From NCBI GenBank assembly GCA_963847185.1, contig CAWJYV010000007.1, forward strand, positions 736,001-800,000: a stretch of DNA of 64,000 nucleotides. Reading direction: 5' to 3'. Positions 62,732-64,000 of the stretch are shown piece after piece. The stretch's first letter is position 1. Each line of letters starts with the position of its first letter. The stretch is from an uncultured Methanosarcinaceae archaeon (GTDB taxonomy: Archaea; Halobacteriota; Methanosarcinia; Methanosarcinales; Methanosarcinaceae). Below the pieces are notes generated by a model. It ran no database searches. It was not told where the DNA came from and worked only from the letters and a program-made list of their open reading frames with translations. The translations under genes were made by a program, and so were the position numbers.

Positions 62732-63247
62732 TGAAGGTCTAACTGGCAGCTAACCTGCAGAATCATTAACAATTTCAATCATCAATCTAAGTCAAAAAAC
62801 AGCTCTAATTATGCATAAATTTTAAGCCTCGTTTCTCCTACTAGCACAAATCCCTCATCAATCCCCGAAAGCCCGAAGTACGCGGTCTAATCAGCTCCAA
62901 TGACTATTTCTAAGTCGGATAAATTTTCAGCTTTTCTCATAAGGAAGATAGTGAGGAAATAAACATTAATAGATCAGTTCTTCAGTTACCTTCCAACATC
63001 GATGAGGGTTACGACAAAAAGGCTAAATGAAATAAGTAAAAGAGAAAGTGGGCAGATACCTGAACGCAGAAAATAATGTCCACTTGATTCCCCGTGGATT
63101 TTGAAGAGAAAGTAGACAAATTGGAATTTATATGAAGCGGATAGAGCCTTTTATTTTAATTCAGTGATAAGAAAAGCAGAGAACTATGTTTCTGAATAAA
63201 AAGAGTAATAAGGAACGTGGAGGGAGGGGAGGTGGTTATCCCCAAGT

Positions 63248-63622
63248 TTACCTTCTGTTTCCGTGGTACTTGTTATAATCGCTATACCATTTTCCATGAT
63301 TTTTGTTCCATTTCCCGTAATTGTTGTTCCACTTCTTATAATTGTTAAACCATTTCATATACAGGCTGTACCAGTTGTTGTACTCTTTGCCATGCTTCTT
63401 CTCTCTATCCCACTTTTTCTTCTCCCCTTCCCACTTTTTCTTCTCTCCGTCCCATTTTTTATTCTCATTTCCCCACTTTTTCTTCTCCCCATCCCATTTT
63501 TGTTTCTCGTTTCCCCACTGGCTCTCACCTTTCTGAGGTGCAGCATTTACTGATGCAACTGTCACTGACAGCACAAAACAAATTGCAAGCAAAATACCCA
63601 TTATTTTTTTTATTTTCAGCAT
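63248..63622 (-). CDS. Small secreted protein with Trp heptad repeats
   Basis: Sec signal peptide followed by KKWDGEK-type and KWNNNYG-type repeats. GGAG SD before ATG 63622. Confidence 0.85.
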   Translation of the reverse strand: MLKIKKIMGILLAICFVLSVTVASVNAAPQKGESQWGNEKQKWDGEKKKWGNENKKWDGEKKKWEGEKKKWDREKKHGKEYNNWYSLYMKWFNNYKKWNNNYGKWNKNHGKWYSDYNKYHGNRR

Positions 63623-63671
63623 ATTTGCCACTCCTAAAATTTGTTAACCCCATTATTAATACTAATATTCA

Positions 63672-63709
63672 GGTTAATCTGGATTAATCTGAATTTATCC
63701 AGATTAACC
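63672..63709. promoter_or_regulatory. 13-bp perfect inverted repeat upstream of the Trp-heptad gene
   Basis: GGTTAATCTGGAT...ATCCAGATTAACC. Confidence 0.6.
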
Positions 63710-64000
63710 CAGATGCTTCTTAATGCACTATTTTTGTTTTTTTAAATTGTCTCTCCAACTGTTTACATTTCGTTTTTTAATCTTTTTTCAACTATCCGTC
63801 AGCTTCAGGAGTTGATTTATTTTTGTCTCGCCGACTATCTTCGACTTAACAATCATAATATTGACTAAATTAAATAAAAAGATACTTATTATAACTATAT
63901 ATCTAAAAGTATGAATATCCTTAAAATAAGTGTTTTTAAAGTATTTATTGGAAATAAGAGGGTTTATAAATACTTAAAGAGCAAGCTACTGGTCTTTAAA

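Noticed and set aside
62810-63080. Minus-strand protein-like fragments (LEIVIGAD*TAYFGLSGIDEGFVLVGE)
   Set aside because: Multiple stops and no recognisable family. It may be a decayed gene, but I cannot support that.

Overview
Archaeal chromosome segment, most consistent with Methanosarcina (rRNA sequences, PKD/YVTN/PGF-CTERM surface proteins, the cobD-cbiB-cobZ-cobS-cobY operon, gatD and a HisKA_2 PAS kinase). It opens with the 23S 3' end and 5S rRNA and is mostly housekeeping or metabolic: nac, hesB-like, glycogen debranching enzyme, hisI, PIN-ATPase, gatD, argH, nadX/nadC, rps15, hisS, cob genes and sufCB-like genes. There is no CRISPR array, prophage or tRNA that I can support. The best second-look items are: (1) an unannotated + strand structured RNA region at 7.25-7.49 kb, including twin hairpins with the same CCCUAUU loop, next to two unannotated tiny Cys-rich ORFs; (2) a nickel-enzyme neighbourhood made of an atypical CooS, two LarA paralogs and a duplicated small-protein + Na:solute symporter unit; (3) three genes whose best SD-supported starts are near-cognate codons (ACG, ACG, ATT); (4) a beta-helix gene bracketed by a duplicated 3' end of the neighbouring gene; (5) a dead IS701 element, two 116-bp MITEs sharing its ends, and a nested MITE; (6) a secreted Trp-heptad protein; (7) homopolymer frameshifts confined to accessory genes. 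All homology calls come from motif recognition by eye; no database searches were run.
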